Below are positions 62,747 to 64,000 of a stretch of DNA of 64,000 bases, in pieces. The first letter of the stretch is position 1, and every line of letters starts with the position of its first letter. The DNA is from Setoptus koraiensis (lineage: Eukaryota > Animalia > Arthropoda). The position numbers and the translations under genes were made by a program. The notes beneath the pieces are model-generated. The model saw only the letters and a list, made by a program, of their open reading frames with translations, made no database searches and had not been told where the DNA came from. The DNA is taken from the NCBI GenBank assembly GCA_048013815.1, contig CM106586.1:19034001-19098000 (forward strand), given 5' to 3'.

Positions 62747-64000
62747 GTAAGTGCCAGCCACTATTTTATAGTGGCCACAGTTCATTGATATCACTGTCCA
62801 TTGATGAACACTGCGGGCCTCTTATCAATGGACTTTATCTCTCACATTCTCTCTAACATTGCGATTGCTGCTGGGGCCAATCTCGTTGTTTGTACATTGT
62901 ATGATATTCATGCATCTCGGCATTCGCCAGTGTTTTTCAATGTTTTAGCGACGATACAACGGCCCGCATAAAATGAAACCGACACGATAGGGCCGAAATC
63001 TAATGAAATGTTGAGCACGTGAAATCAAATTAATGTATATGAGGTCACGAAATTAGCATTGGCATTTAATTTATTGTTGTTACAACACATACATTGTTCG
63101 CCCGATAGGTGCCCAATTCAACTATCTCGTGTCGTTGTTGAGTATCGTGTTATTGAGCCAGTCTGGCCCCATTAACTCTTGGCTTTTGTTGTTGATTGTC
63201 GATAGCGACCGACGGACAAGAGAGCAAAGTCCGCCACCAGAGGCCGGTTTTTGGCCCCAAAACGTCGGACGACAGTCGCTGGCTGGCTGGCTGGCTGGCT
63301 GACTGGCTGCAATTAAATGGCACCAATTGAATTGATTTCAGTTCTGGTTTTATTAGTGAATGGCGCCATTCTTAATCAAGTAGCCAATGACCGTTGGTGG
63401 CGCTCGCTAGCTCGCTCGTTAGCGCAAATTCTGGGCCCTAGGTCCCCTAGGTTTCTCAGCACGCAAACAGATTGGCGAGCAAGTGTCGTTTATAATTTAG
63501 TAAACGGTCTAGCGAGAGCCGAGCAAATTAAGATGGCAACTAGCACTACTTTTGATTGCTGCTTTATGTTTATAGCCCTCAGATATAGTCGGGGCCCACT
63601 GGTTTCCAATTATGTCCGCTGCCGCCAGTCTGAGTATGTTGGCCAGTCTGAGTATGTTGGCCAGTCACGGTGGCATTCGGTCGGCATCGCATCCTGGCGC
63701 ATACGTACCCTGGCACGCATTCGCACGGGGCTGTCTCATTGCATTTTACTTTATTTTATTTCAAGTTTTGTTTCCGACGACTTGAGACCATTGAGTTGCC
63801 GCCAATTCACACATGAATACCGATACGGCCGTCGAAGCAAATTGATAGGTACCAGTGGGTGACGTTGGATCGTCCATCATCAATTGGATTGCCACGGGGA
63901 ACGGGGGCCAATTCGAGCACACAGCACACGCGCCCTATGGAGCCCGCATCGTGGCGCCAGCCGAGAGCGGGCCCCATAAAATTCAGATCGGCTCATTGTG

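Overview
Eukaryotic, arthropod-type genomic DNA. Short GT-AG introns, many intronless conserved genes and polyQ-rich proteins suggest a small-genome acariform mite, possibly eriophyoid; this is inference, not proven. The window has two compartments. (1) About 1-43.5 kb is AT-rich and gene-dense. It holds an intronless Rho-kinase (minus strand, open at the window edge and missed by the ORF track), a stefin-type cystatin, V-ATPase subunit H cut by a 500-N scaffold gap, and a 1.4-kb 28S rRNA fragment. Next come two head-to-head catalytically dead secreted serine-protease homologues, a small acidic secreted protein, and a decayed Mutator (MULE) transposase with an adjacent foldback. A three-exon secreted protein with an IL-6/Unpaired-like four-helix cytokine C-terminus sits between two near-identical 450-bp inverted repeats. 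Further on are several pseudogene relics, M6/proteolipid, MPV17L2, an intronless glutamine-dependent NAD synthetase, an SLC36 amino-acid transporter, prefoldin 4, and a two-exon Tyr/Asn/Gly-rich secreted orphan with a truncated paralogue. A copy of the transporter locus with a microhomology-bounded deletion lies beside that orphan. (2) About 43.5-64 kb is GC-richer and microsatellite-laden. It carries the cholinergic gene locus: VAChT (one intron, long polyQ tracts), then about 14 kb later the first coding exons of choline acetyltransferase. All gene models were built by hand from reading frames and splice signals. No database search was run, so family assignments rest on recalled motifs.
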